Positions 1 through 9,500 of a stretch of DNA of 24,000 bases are shown here, in pieces. Source of the stretch: Nitrososphaerota archaeon (GTDB taxonomy: Archaea > Thermoproteota > Nitrososphaeria_A > Caldarchaeales > Caldarchaeaceae); assembly GCA_041641305.1 (NCBI GenBank), contig JBEPYN010000001.1, positions 694,370 through 718,369 on the forward strand, read 5' to 3'. The stretch's first letter is position 1; every line of letters starts with the position of its first letter. A program made the translations under genes and the position numbers. The notes below the pieces were generated by a model that saw only the letters and a program-made list of their open reading frames with translations, did not search any database and was not told where the DNA came from.

Positions 1-160
1 TCTTGTCCCTCTCGCGGAAAACTTCTCGGCTGTTGGTGTAGACGGCTATCCTCGGCCCCTCGTACTCAATCCTCGACACCGGCTGCTCCCTGGTCTCAAG
101 AGACGAGAAGTACCGTAGCAGCTCCGTCCGAACCCTCTCAACCGAAGCCAATTCTCTCAC
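1..160 (-). CDS. aCPSF1/FttA-type KH + beta-CASP ribonuclease; only the N-terminal ~53 codons are present and the gene runs off the window start
   Basis: This ORF is not in the track because it is truncated. The minus-strand frame starting at GTG 160..158 reads VRELASVERVRTELLRYFSSLETREQPVSRIEYEGPRIAVYTNSREVFRERDK and is open to position 1. The segment 'IEYEGPRIAVYTNSREVF' matches my recollection of the N-terminal KH region of archaeal aCPSF1 ('..EFEGPE..IYTKNPE..'). The GTG lies 1 nt after the psmB stop codon. Confidence 0.55.
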   Translation of the reverse strand, partial: MRELASVERVRTELLRYFSSLETREQPVSRIEYEGPRIAVYTNSREVFRERDK

Positions 161-161
161 A

Positions 162-833
162 CTACGTTATTGGAAGATAGTTGAAGTATTTCCTGTATAG
201 GGGTGCTTTCTCGTCGAGCGAAAGCTCCCCGTAACCTTTATCCCTTAAAACATAGGCGACGTCGACGCTGTCGCCGCTTCCCGCATCACGTCTAATAGCG
301 GCCGAAACCGCTTGAAACGCGAGCTCAACCGCTTCGTCGAAGCTCATGTCCTCGCGATAGTTTGGCTCGAGTACGCCGTAGGCAACCGGGCTGCCTGAAC
401 CTGTGGAGATGAGCTTCTCCTCTGTGACGGAGCCGAAGGGGTCGAGGTTGTAGAGATGTGGGCCCTCGTTATCAACGCCTGCGAGGATCAACTGTGCGTA
501 GAAGGGGAAGAAGCGTGAGCTGAACATGATGCTTGAGGTTAGTCGCGCGACCGCGGGCAGCGACATGGTCTGCCCCCGCATAATCTGGTAGTAGTTGATG
601 TTTGCCTTAAGCAAGTCTATGAGGCTCTGAGCGTCGGCCACACGGCCGGCTATTGTGATGGCAACATGAGGAGCTAATGGGAAGACTTTCTTGCCTCTTC
701 TATGGGCTACGAAGAAACCCGCTGTTACACGGGTGTCTGTTGCCACTACTACCGCGTCTTTAACCACCATGCCAACGGTGGTGGTCCCTGTCGTCAAAGC
801 CTTGGGCTTGTCAACCGGATACAAATGCAGCAC
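162..833 (-). CDS. psmB: proteasome subunit beta (Ntn hydrolase, with a short propeptide)
   Basis: 223-aa ORF. 'LTTG/TTTVGMVVKDAVVVATDTR' is the classic propeptide cleavage site, exposing the catalytic Thr1. The fold signature continues through 'GSGSPVAYGVLE'. The start codon is GTG at 833; the true start within the propeptide is uncertain. Confidence 0.9.
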   Translation of the reverse strand: MLHLYPVDKPKALTTGTTTVGMVVKDAVVVATDTRVTAGFFVAHRRGKKVFPLAPHVAITIAGRVADAQSLIDLLKANINYYQIMRGQTMSLPAVARLTSSIMFSSRFFPFYAQLILAGVDNEGPHLYNLDPFGSVTEEKLISTGSGSPVAYGVLEPNYREDMSFDEAVELAFQAVSAAIRRDAGSGDSVDVAYVLRDKGYGELSLDEKAPLYRKYFNYLPIT

Positions 834-921
834 CTTGATATTTTACAGGCGTTGATGAAATGCTGTCAGCACCTTAAAAACCTTCCCACACCATCGCAAA
901 GCCGCCGATACTCTGCTTGCG

Positions 922-929
922 TTTAAATA
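922..929 (+). promoter_or_regulatory. TATA-box-like element (TTTAAATA) for the FKBP gene
   Basis: TTTAAATA ends 23 nt upstream of ATG 953, which is the spacing expected for an archaeal leaderless mRNA. It lies inside the TTG-extended ORF-track model (917), which argues against that extension. Confidence 0.45.
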
Positions 930-952
930 AAACGTTTGAGGTGTTGAGTGGG

Positions 953-1669
953 ATGGCGGAGGAAAAGGCTTCAAAGAGTCAGCAGCTGGCCGTCGAGCCC
1001 AACTCCTATGTCTTGGTTGATTACACCATCAGGGTCAAAGAGACAGGCGAGCTCGTGGACACGACCGTCGAAGAGGAGGCGGTGAAAGCAGGTGTCCGCG
1101 ACGCCTCGAAGGTCTATGAGCCAAAGCTTGTGATCGTGGGGAAGGGATTTCTGCTCAAAGCAATCGAAGACGAGATGATTGGGCTGAAGCCCTCTGAGAA
1201 GAAGTCATTCGAGATTGCGCCTGAGAAGGCTTTTGGACAGCGTGATCCCGCGAACGTGAAGACTATTCCGTTGAAGAGGTTTAGGGACTCTGACACGCCG
1301 CCGAGGGTGGGTGCGGTGGTTAACGTGGATGGCAGGCAGGGAGTTATCAGGGCTGTTGGCTCCGGACGTGTGCAGGTGGATTTCAACCACTACCTCGCGG
1401 GGAAAACGCTTGTCTGCGACCTCGAAATAAAATCGATTCTGACCGATGAACTTGACAAGGTCCGAAACCTAATACACATGCATTTCCCCGACGTCCCCCT
1501 CGAGAAGTTTGAGGTAAACTTGGCACCACCTCTCCTACGCGTCAAAATCCCCGAGGAGGCTTTCCTCGCACCCGGCATCCAGTTGGCGAAACGTGCGCTG
1601 GCCAGGGAGTTTAAGGAGGCTGTGAAGGGCCTCGAGAAAGTCGTCTTCGAAGAAGAATATAGCGGATAA
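953..1669 (+). CDS. long-type archaeal FKBP peptidyl-prolyl cis-trans isomerase (FKBP core + IF insert + C-terminal domain)
   Basis: 'VLVDYTIRVKETGELVDTT', 'GKGFLLKAIEDEMIGLKPSEKKSFEIAPEKAFGQRD' and 'VDFNHYLAGKTLVCDLEI' are FKBP/SlyD-type signatures. I moved the start to ATG 953 (MAEEKASK...) because of the upstream TATA box. Confidence 0.85.
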   Translation: MAEEKASKSQQLAVEPNSYVLVDYTIRVKETGELVDTTVEEEAVKAGVRDASKVYEPKLVIVGKGFLLKAIEDEMIGLKPSEKKSFEIAPEKAFGQRDPANVKTIPLKRFRDSDTPPRVGAVVNVDGRQGVIRAVGSGRVQVDFNHYLAGKTLVCDLEIKSILTDELDKVRNLIHMHFPDVPLEKFEVNLAPPLLRVKIPEEAFLAPGIQLAKRALAREFKEAVKGLEKVVFEEEYSG

Positions 1670-2018
1670 AGGCTGCGACGTAGACGATTTGGAGCAGGTT
1701 GCCGACGAGGAAAATGCCTGATTCAAGCGCTCGGCCTGATGTTAGGAAAAATATGTGGGCGGGGGCTGGGAGAGAGATGGACAGAACCGTGATGGCGAGA
1801 ACCATTCCAAGCCAGTATCCCGCTGCCCTGTCGAGAAAAGCCAACACCGTCGCGGCGACAAACCCTGTGAACCCTATGAGAAGCATGGAGAGAAGCCATG
1901 GAGGAACAATCCGCCACGCCGTGGCTATAAACACCACACCCAAAACGCTGGTGGCCGCGAGGAGGATGCGGAGTAGCTTCATGTATTTCTTTGTGTATGC
2001 TGCGGGATTTATAGGCAT
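1611..2018 (-). CDS. hypothetical integral membrane protein (about 4 predicted TM helices)
   Basis: 135-aa ORF with long hydrophobic stretches (LLRILLAATSVLGVVFIATAW, LLSMLLIGFTGFVAATVLAFL, YWLGMVLAITVLSISL, IFLVGNLLQIVYVAAFIRYILL). It starts 5 nt after the nusA stop. I recognise no family motif. The 3' end overlaps the convergent FKBP gene by 59 nt. Confidence 0.5.
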   Translation of the reverse strand: MPINPAAYTKKYMKLLRILLAATSVLGVVFIATAWRIVPPWLLSMLLIGFTGFVAATVLAFLDRAAGYWLGMVLAITVLSISLPAPAHIFFLTSGRALESGIFLVGNLLQIVYVAAFIRYILLRRRLSRGPSQPP

Positions 2019-2023
2019 CCGGT

Positions 2024-2446
2024 TTACTGGATTGCCACGTGGTCTATGTTGAAGTGTCGTTTGACGAGGAGGCGGGCAAGGTTGATGTTTTTCCCGTCCT
2101 TGCCGATTGCCACGCCCTTGTCACGCGGGTTAACGTTGACCACCGCGATTTTCCTGCCGTCGGGTTTCTCAGACACCCTGACCGGTTCGATGACCTCCGC
2201 GGGATAGAGAAGGTTCTTTATGAAGACCGTGGCATCTGTGGAATATTCGACAACCTTGATACGTTTCCGAAATATGCGGACAAGCTCTTTTATTTTTGCG
2301 CCGTGTCCCATCAACGCTTTTTTCAAATCACCCTGCCTCACCACAAAAGTTATGATATCCTCTTCGTCGACGCAGTCTACAACAGCCGCGCCGGTGACTG
2401 CTTCAAACATCTGAATGTACTTGATTTCTTTTTCGGTGAGTTTCAC
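2024..2446 (-). CDS. nusA: archaeal NusA-like transcription factor (two KH domains)
   Basis: 'KLTEKEIKYIQMFEAVTGAAVVDCV' and 'VNPRDKGVAIGKDGKNINLARLL' (GxxG KH motif). It sits at the conserved position after rpl30e in the RNAP operon. I chose GTG 2446 as the start because it forms a GTGA overlap with the rpl30e stop and gives an N-terminus (M)KLTEKEI. The ORF-track TTG at 2458 is an alternative. Confidence 0.8.
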   Translation of the reverse strand: MKLTEKEIKYIQMFEAVTGAAVVDCVDEEDIITFVVRQGDLKKALMGHGAKIKELVRIFRKRIKVVEYSTDATVFIKNLLYPAEVIEPVRVSEKPDGRKIAVVNVNPRDKGVAIGKDGKNINLARLLVKRHFNIDHVAIQ

Positions 2447-2763
2447 TCCTTCGCCCAAGCGGTTTCACTCCGGACGTGGTCGAGGATGTCAGAGCTGCCG
2501 GCGTCGAGGACGGCTATGAAAGAGGTTGAGAAAGGCTTACGCAGAGCAAGACCCAGCTCTGCAGGCGTGAGCTCGGTAACAATGACGGGCACATCGAAGG
2601 CCTTTGCGACTATTCGTAGTCTCGCGAGGAGCTCTGGGCTGGAATGTGTCGAGGCCACAACGGCAACCGCCTTTTTCTGCATCACTTTACGCATCGTTTC
2701 ACGGTAGCCAACGACGAGAGAACCTGTCCGGGTGATTACCTGCAGCGACTGCCGCAAATCCAT
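2443..2763 (-). CDS. rpl30e: ribosomal protein L30e (eL30)
   Basis: 106-aa ORF with the L7Ae/L30e-type pattern ('TGSLVVGYRETMRKVMQKKAVAVVAS', 'VPVIVTELTPAELGLALRKPF'). It occupies the canonical position between rpoA and nusA. The ATG lies 2 nt after the rpoA stop. Confidence 0.85.
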   Translation of the reverse strand: MDLRQSLQVITRTGSLVVGYRETMRKVMQKKAVAVVASTHSSPELLARLRIVAKAFDVPVIVTELTPAELGLALRKPFSTSFIAVLDAGSSDILDHVRSETAWAKE

Positions 2764-2765
2764 CT

Positions 2766-5700
2766 CTACTCACCTCTCTCGTGGCTCATCAACAGGTTTA
2801 CCATACCTGTTCCCACCTGTATTTCACGTCCAATAAGAATTCTTTCGACGTTGCCCTTCAGGTTATCGACCTCGCCGCGTGCAGCCGCCTCGAGAAGGGT
2901 CTGGACACTAATCTCATATGCGGCTCTCGCCAACACGCTGCTCTTCAGCTTCACGACACCGTGTCTGCCGATTTGTTTGACGCTGCCGCTGACGGTCATC
3001 ATGTCAGCGAGAAGGAGTAGGTGTCTCAGGTCGACGTCGAGGCCCTGGTCCTCGAGAACGGCCTTGGCCTCTTCTACTATCGCGTTGCGGGCGGCTTCTA
3101 TCCCGAAAACCTCCGCTATCTCGTAGATGTCGTTGGTTTTTATTCTTCTCCAGTCGACGCCGGGGACCTCCATTACCTCCCGTAGGTTGGAGCCCTCTGT
3201 TCTGATGACGTATTCATCGTTTTCCTTGAACACCGTGGCCTTCTTAATCTTGCGTATACCCTTAACCTTGATGGCTGAAATTCTCTCCCTTACACCTGAT
3301 ATATCCGTCAAGCTCTCCTCATCCAGCTTAACCGAGATAACGTGTCTCTCCTCGTCATATTCTGCTCCATGACCCTTCAAAGCCTTATCAATGTCCTTCT
3401 TTGTCACACCATGTTCTTCAAGGCTTTTATCGTCGAGGCGAACCTCCAAGGCTCCACGCTTATAGTTGACAAGAACCTCTGAAATCAAGTCTCCAATTGT
3501 AGTGTGCTGTATCTGCTTAGCAAGCTTCCTCGCCTTAGCGAGGTTGTTCGCATACTCCGGTGCCAACGGTATGTACATTATGGGTGTTGTGGGTGTACGA
3601 CGTGCGTCAACTATCTCGATGAGCCTCGGCAACCCCTTGAGAATGCTCTGCTCACCGACACCTGCGAAGTGGAAGGTTCGAAGCGTAAGCTGGGTGCCCG
3701 GCTCACCGATAGACTGGGCCGTCACCACTCCTACAGCGTCCCCAGGTTCCGCTAAGGAGTTGCTGAACTTTGAAACTGTTTCCTCAACTATTTTGTCGAC
3801 CGCCGCTGTTGGTGGTTTTGTTTTCTCCAGCTCCATCCGCAGCTCGTCTATGATTTTCTTGTTGAGTCTGTCGGCAGCCTGTTGTAGTTTCTGCTCTATG
3901 TATTCGGGGGTGGCGGGTTTTCCGGATGGCGCTGACGCGAGGACCGTGTTGACGATGTTTGAGACGGTTACGGCTTTACCATGGTCTGACTTCGCTGGGT
4001 CGACACCATCCTCTCCATAGGCGAACTGGATAATTCTGCCCTCGTCCGCTGTTCTCACCGTGCCGTCGTAGTCGATGTATAGAGACTCCAACGCGTTTAT
4101 GAGACGGCGCTGCATGTATCCGCTCTGCTGTGTCCTGACAGCTGTGTCGACAAGTCCGTCGCGTCCGCCGACGGCGTGGAAGAAGAACTCCAGCGGGTCA
4201 AGTCCTGAGATAAAGGAGTTGTAAACGAATCCTCGGGCGCGTGGCGAGACATCGTTCGGCTTGAAGAAGCTTAGCACACGTTTGCGGTATCCTCTGTGGA
4301 TACGTTCTCTTCTGACAGACTGCTGGCCAACGACGGCTATCATCTGGTCAAGGTTGAGCATCGTGCCTCTCGCTCCTGTTTTAGCCATTATGAAGGCCGA
4401 GCTATTCTGCGACACCCTTGACCTTATGAGTTTTCCAGCTGAGTCTCGTGCCTCGCTCAGTATTTTGAGGACATCTGCTTCGAAGGCCTGCTCAGCCGTC
4501 ATCCCTGGCGGAATCTCCACTTCACCCGCCTGATACAGTGCAAGGAGTTTGGAGAACTCTGTCTCCGATTTCTTGAATATCTGCTGTATTTCGCTGTGTA
4601 TCTGGTCAGGCACGTAGAGATCGTCGACGGAGAAGGTGAAGCCTTTCAACTCGATGAAGGTGTTGGCCAGCCGCACCACGTTGTCCAGGAACTGGCGCGC
4701 AACCTCTGGGCCGTAGTCGCGGGCAAGCCTGTGCAAAATGCTGTTGGCTTTCTCCACCCCAACCGAGCCCTTGTCTATCACTCCGGAGACGAGCTGCCCG
4801 TTTTTGACCACGACCTCGGTGTTGGTGAAGGAGGATTTGGTGACGTGGTTGAAGTCTTTGGGCAGTAAGAGGCTGAAGACCTGTTTACCTGTCCACATGG
4901 GCTCAGGATCTTTGGTCGCTGGCGGAGGCAGGGGACCCTTATATTTTATCGCCGCCAGCAACATGGATAGCTCGGATTTGTTGAGCCGTGTTTCATCCCG
5001 TGTAAGCAGGTAGAGTGAGGTGAGGAAGTCTCTAATTACTCCGATGATCGGAGCCCCGTATCTTGGTGAGATGATGTTGTTTTCGACGACGAGGATTTCG
5101 CGGGCCTCTGTCTGGGCTTCCTCGCTCTGGGGCACGTGGAGGTTCATTTCGTCGCCGTCGAAGTCGGCGTTGTATGGTGTGCAGACAGCGGGGTTGAGGC
5201 GGAGCGTCTTGTATGGAAGAACACGGACGTAATGCGCCATTATGGACATCCTGTGCAGAGAAGGCTGCCGGTTGAAGAGCACTATATCACCATCCTGCAG
5301 ATGTCTCTCGACGACGTAGCCGGGTTCAAGAGCCGTGGCAATCTCTTCGAGGTTGGCCACAAACTTTAGCCTAACCCGTTTCCCGTCGGGCCTTATGATG
5401 TATTTTGCGCCCGGGTATTTGTCGGAGCCGTTGCGGACAAGCATCCGCATTTTCTCGAGGTTCCAGGGTGTCACTCTCTCGGCTACAGTAAGCTGCATAG
5501 CCACCTCAAGCGGGACACCGACCTCGTTGATGCGGATGTTTGGATCGGGTGAGATGACTGTCCGCGCCGAGAAGTCGACGCGTTTACCTGAGAGGTTAAG
5601 CCTGAACCTGCCCTCCTTACCCTTGAGACGCTGAGCCAAAGTCTTCAACACTCTGCCAGACCTATGCTTCGCCGGAACCACGCCGACAGCCTCGTTGTTG

Positions 5701-6530
5701 AAATACGTGGTCACATGGTATTGGAGAAGGTCTGAAAGCTCCTCTATGACGGGGGACGGTGAGCCGGCTCGGATGTTTTCGCGGAGACGCTGCGTAACCC
5801 TGAGGATGTCGACGAGCTTGTGTGTGAGGTCGTCCTCGGACCTGTAGCCAGATTCGAGGGTTATGCTCGGCCTCACGTAGACAGGTGGAACAGGGAGAAC
5901 GGTAAGCACCATCCACTCGGGCCGCGAGGTCTGCGGGTTGATGTCCAAGAGTATGAGGTCTGAGTCGGATATTCTCTCGAGCCTCGCTCTCACCGTGCTC
6001 GGGTTGAGTTTTGTGGACCCGCTTTCAGACATCTCGGAGAAAGATGTAGGCTTCTCAAGCTCCAGCCTTAGCTGTTTCTCGCCACAGTGTGGGCAGACCT
6101 GCGTATTCATCGCCTTCTGCTTAATTCTGTAGATGAGGTTTTTGAAAGGCAGGTTGTTGGCTTTGAGACGCTCCAGCTCCTGGTGATATTTCTTGACCTC
6201 GTCTTCTGGAAGCAGTATTCTTCCGCAGGAGCGGCATGTGGATTTGAGAAGTTCGTAGATGGTTTTTGCGAAGCCGACGTGTATAACGGGGACGGGGAGC
6301 TCGATGCGGCCGAAGTGTCCGGGGCAGCCAAGGTAGGTGTTTCCACATGTTTTGCACCTTTGCCCGGGCTCGAGGGTTCCGAGCCTCGGGTCCATGACGC
6401 TTGTGGGTATGGGTAGGCCGTCTTCGTCGTAGGTGTCTGGGCTGATTATCTCGGCTACGCTCATCTTTCTTATCAGGTCTGGCGAAAGGATGCCGAACCT
6501 TATGCCGGCGACAGATGCTGCGGTGCTCAT
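2766..6530 (-). CDS. rpoA: DNA-directed RNA polymerase subunit A, unsplit (A' and A'' regions in one reading frame)
   Basis: - Zn site 'CKTCGNTYLGCPGHFG'.
- Second Zn motif 'CRSCG...CPHCG'.
- Catalytic 'YNADFDGDEMNLH'.
- Bridge-helix region 'GGRDGLVDTAVRTQQSGYMQRRL'.
- A''-type trigger-loop region 'AQSIGEPGTQLTLRTFHFAGV', in the same frame with no intervening stop.
- Start set to ATG 6530 (MSTAASVAGIRFG...), which forms an ATGA overlap with the rpoB stop. The ORF-track start at 6569 would overlap rpoB by 43 nt. Confidence 0.95.
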   Translation of the reverse strand: MSTAASVAGIRFGILSPDLIRKMSVAEIISPDTYDEDGLPIPTSVMDPRLGTLEPGQRCKTCGNTYLGCPGHFGRIELPVPVIHVGFAKTIYELLKSTCRSCGRILLPEDEVKKYHQELERLKANNLPFKNLIYRIKQKAMNTQVCPHCGEKQLRLELEKPTSFSEMSESGSTKLNPSTVRARLERISDSDLILLDINPQTSRPEWMVLTVLPVPPVYVRPSITLESGYRSEDDLTHKLVDILRVTQRLRENIRAGSPSPVIEELSDLLQYHVTTYFNNEAVGVVPAKHRSGRVLKTLAQRLKGKEGRFRLNLSGKRVDFSARTVISPDPNIRINEVGVPLEVAMQLTVAERVTPWNLEKMRMLVRNGSDKYPGAKYIIRPDGKRVRLKFVANLEEIATALEPGYVVERHLQDGDIVLFNRQPSLHRMSIMAHYVRVLPYKTLRLNPAVCTPYNADFDGDEMNLHVPQSEEAQTEAREILVVENNIISPRYGAPIIGVIRDFLTSLYLLTRDETRLNKSELSMLLAAIKYKGPLPPPATKDPEPMWTGKQVFSLLLPKDFNHVTKSSFTNTEVVVKNGQLVSGVIDKGSVGVEKANSILHRLARDYGPEVARQFLDNVVRLANTFIELKGFTFSVDDLYVPDQIHSEIQQIFKKSETEFSKLLALYQAGEVEIPPGMTAEQAFEADVLKILSEARDSAGKLIRSRVSQNSSAFIMAKTGARGTMLNLDQMIAVVGQQSVRRERIHRGYRKRVLSFFKPNDVSPRARGFVYNSFISGLDPLEFFFHAVGGRDGLVDTAVRTQQSGYMQRRLINALESLYIDYDGTVRTADEGRIIQFAYGEDGVDPAKSDHGKAVTVSNIVNTVLASAPSGKPATPEYIEQKLQQAADRLNKKIIDELRMELEKTKPPTAAVDKIVEETVSKFSNSLAEPGDAVGVVTAQSIGEPGTQLTLRTFHFAGVGEQSILKGLPRLIEIVDARRTPTTPIMYIPLAPEYANNLAKARKLAKQIQHTTIGDLISEVLVNYKRGALEVRLDDKSLEEHGVTKKDIDKALKGHGAEYDEERHVISVKLDEESLTDISGVRERISAIKVKGIRKIKKATVFKENDEYVIRTEGSNLREVMEVPGVDWRRIKTNDIYEIAEVFGIEAARNAIVEEAKAVLEDQGLDVDLRHLLLLADMMTVSGSVKQIGRHGVVKLKSSVLARAAYEISVQTLLEAAARGEVDNLKGNVERILIGREIQVGTGMVNLLMSHERGE

Positions 6531-9500
6531 ATCTCGGGCTCCTCCAACAAAATTCTTGGATGTATGCACATGCTCATCATCTCATTGAGAAGCAGGTAGA
6601 ATGCGTATGACATCGAGACAGCCTTGACACGCACATCTTTCCCGTCAACAGGGCAGACAAACCTTTCCTGCTTAAGGTCATAGTAGCATGGCATGCCGCA
6701 TTTCTCGCAGAAGTAGGCGGTGTATTTGTCGCTCTGCTCGAGAAGCCTGTCTAGAAGCAGGTAGGATGCGCCGTAGGCTATCAAGCAGTCTCTCTCCATT
6801 TCGCCGAACTTGAGGCCTCCGCCTCTTGACCTTCCCTCGGTAGGCTGACGGGTGAGCATCTGGACCTGTCCGCGGGAACGTGCGTGGATTTTGTCTCGTA
6901 CAAGGTGGTGGAGACGCTGGTAGTAGACTACTCCTATGAAGACCTCGGCCTCGAGAGCTTTTCCCGTGGCCCCGTTGTAGAGAAGCTCTCTTCCGCTGCT
7001 CTTGAACCCGAGGGCCTCCAGCTCCGTCCTAAGCTCCTCAAGTGATTTGCCGAGGAACGGTGTGCCGTCCACAATCTCGGCTTTGACGCTTCCCAGCTTA
7101 CCCGCCAAGCTCTCAATCAGCTGCCCAATCGTCATACGTGATGGAAAGGCATGTGGGTTGATGAGAAGATCGGGAACAAGCCCGTCCTTGGTGTATGGCA
7201 TATCCTCCTGAGGAATAAGCATACCGACCACACCCTTCTGCCCATGTCTGGAGGAAAACTTGTCACCAATCTCGGTGAAGCATGTGGAGCGTACCTTTGC
7301 CTTGACGAGAAGGTTTCCCTCAGCGTTTATGGTGATGAAGATACTTTCCACGTTGCCTGTTTCGCTTGGCTGCACAGCCTCCGAAGAATCTCTCCAAACC
7401 ATTTCACGGGTAGGGACACGCTGGTATTCCTCGAGGAAACGCGGCGGACTCATCATACCGACTATGACCGTGCCGCCTGAGACGTCTGACTCGATGTGCG
7501 CGAACCCGTCTTTATCAAGCACTCTGTAAAACTGCTCACCTCTGTATCCGCGCACCGAGGGCTCAGGTATGCCGAACTTGTCTCTCTGGCCGCCCGGCGT
7601 CTGCCGCGCCTCAACCTCGTAAACTCTCCAGCTAAGCGAAAGCCCGAGGCCTCTCTCCACAGACGACCTGTTCAGCACCACGGCGTCCTCCATGTTGTAT
7701 CCCCGACCTGTCAAAATCGCCACAACCATGTTCTGCCCCGAAGGCCGCGTATCCATCCCAATCAAGTCAGAAGTCCTCGTATTGACAACCGGTTTCTGCG
7801 GATAAACAAGGAGATGACTGCGGGAATCTGTTCGCAGAGAATAGTTGGATGCAAAGACGCCTAGTGCCTGTTTGGCCATGGCTCCCTCGTAGACGTTGCG
7901 CGGAGACTGGTTATGTTCCGCATATGGTATCAGAGAGGCCGCTACACCCAGCATGGTGAAGGGCGATATCTCGAGATGTGTGTGCTCGTTGGTGACTTTG
8001 TCCGGTGAAATGGCGACGTATGCGTTCTCTTCCTCCTCGGCGTCGAGATACTCTATGATGCCGAGGCTCACCAAATCCCTGAACTTGGAGGTCTTTCTCC
8101 TTATGAGCTCGACATGCTGTTTCTGGAGAAGAGGCTGACCGTTCTGCACAACTATCAGAGGCCTCCGTATCCTGCCCTCATCCGTGTTTATCACAACCTC
8201 CTGAACATGGCCGTAGCTGTAAAACGCCACGTTGATGTTTTGGCTGATTATCCCCTCTCTCCGCAGCCGCCTCAGCTCGTTAACCAGCAGCGAGCCGTTG
8301 CTGTGATAACCCTCAAGCACACCGTCTACAAACACCTTCACATTCGGCGGCGTCTTCCTCTTCGCTATAATCTCGTTAAGCGGAATAACGTTTAGCTGGA
8401 AAAGCTTATCGAACAACTCTTTCTTGTTGGCCTGGAAAGATACCTCGGCCGATAGGGCGAGGTTCTTCACAAGCCCGGCGTTGCTGCCCTCGGGCGTCTC
8501 ACATGGGCAGAGACGGCCCCAGTGTGTGCCGTGGAGGTCACGGGCCTCGAAGTGCGGCTGGCCTCTGCTAAGCGGCGACTGCACCCTACGCAGGTGGCTT
8601 AGGGTGGCGAGGTAGTTTGTTCTGTTGAGGAGCTGGGTTACACCTACTCTTCCACCGGGCCAGTTGCCCGTGGCCATGGCGTGTTTGACAAATTCTGAGA
8701 CTATTCCATGGCGGACGTATGTGGAGATTGATATGGGCTGCCGTGTTGGAATTATTCTCTCCAGCTGATAGCGGAGATCGCGCAATAGCTTGACGAAAGC
8801 CATGCGGTACAGCTCGGTCAAAAGAGCTGACTCGAGCTTGAGCCGTTTGTTGGCGTAGTGATCTCTGTCATCAGGCTCCCTCAGTCCGAGGCTAGTCTCG
8901 AGAACGCGGCCAATCATCTCGCAGAGATGCACCGCCTTCTTCATGCGCGCGGCCTTTGTTGTCCCGAGATGAAGCATGAACATCGTGTCCACGATCTGCT
9001 CTGCCTTCTCGAGCCTATACTCCTCCGCATAGCCAAACGCTATCCTGCTTCCGATATAGTCGAGAGCCTGCTCAACAGTCTCCACACCCTCTGCCTCGCG
9101 GAAACTCGGCTCAAGAAGCTCCTGCACCTCCTTAAGCGGCGAAATAAGGTTCGCAATCTCCTGATCCTTGGTTAACCCGAGAGCTCTAAGCATGATGATG
9201 GCTGGCACTCCTTTGTAGATTCGTGAGAAATACACCTTTATCGGCGAGTCTTTACGGTAGTTGACCTCAACCCTCACTTGTCGGCCATGTGCGGCCGAAA
9301 GAATTACGGCGGAGTACTGTGGTTTGCTGTCTCCCTCTTTTTTGGTGACTATGATGCGGTTGGGCGAGAGGTCTTCTATGCCTACTATGACTCTCTCGGA
9401 ACCGTTTATGATGAAGTAGCCGCCGGGGTCTTGTGGGTCTTCGCCGTGTGCGAGAAGCTCGTCATGCGTCATCTTGGAGAGTGGGCAGATGTCGCTCTTC

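Noticed and set aside
853-900. TGATGA motif in the psmB/FKBP intergenic region, as a possible C/D-box sRNA
   Set aside because: There is no downstream CTGA D box on the same strand at a suitable distance, and no terminal stem. The region is more simply explained as divergent promoter DNA.
1699-2052. 117-aa + strand ORF (also 1723..1917 and 1755..1976)
   Set aside because: These are Arg-rich shadows antisense to the strongly hydrophobic membrane ORF 1611..2018.
2039-2707. 222-aa ORF on the + strand
   Set aside because: It is antisense to nusA and rpl30e, both of which have clear family signatures and operon context. It has no recognisable motif.
6531-6569. N-terminal extension of rpoA (MHTSKNFVGGARD...) in the ORF track
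   Set aside because: It would overlap the rpoB C-terminus by 43 nt. ATG 6530 gives the classic ATGA stop/start overlap and a canonical RpoA N-terminus.
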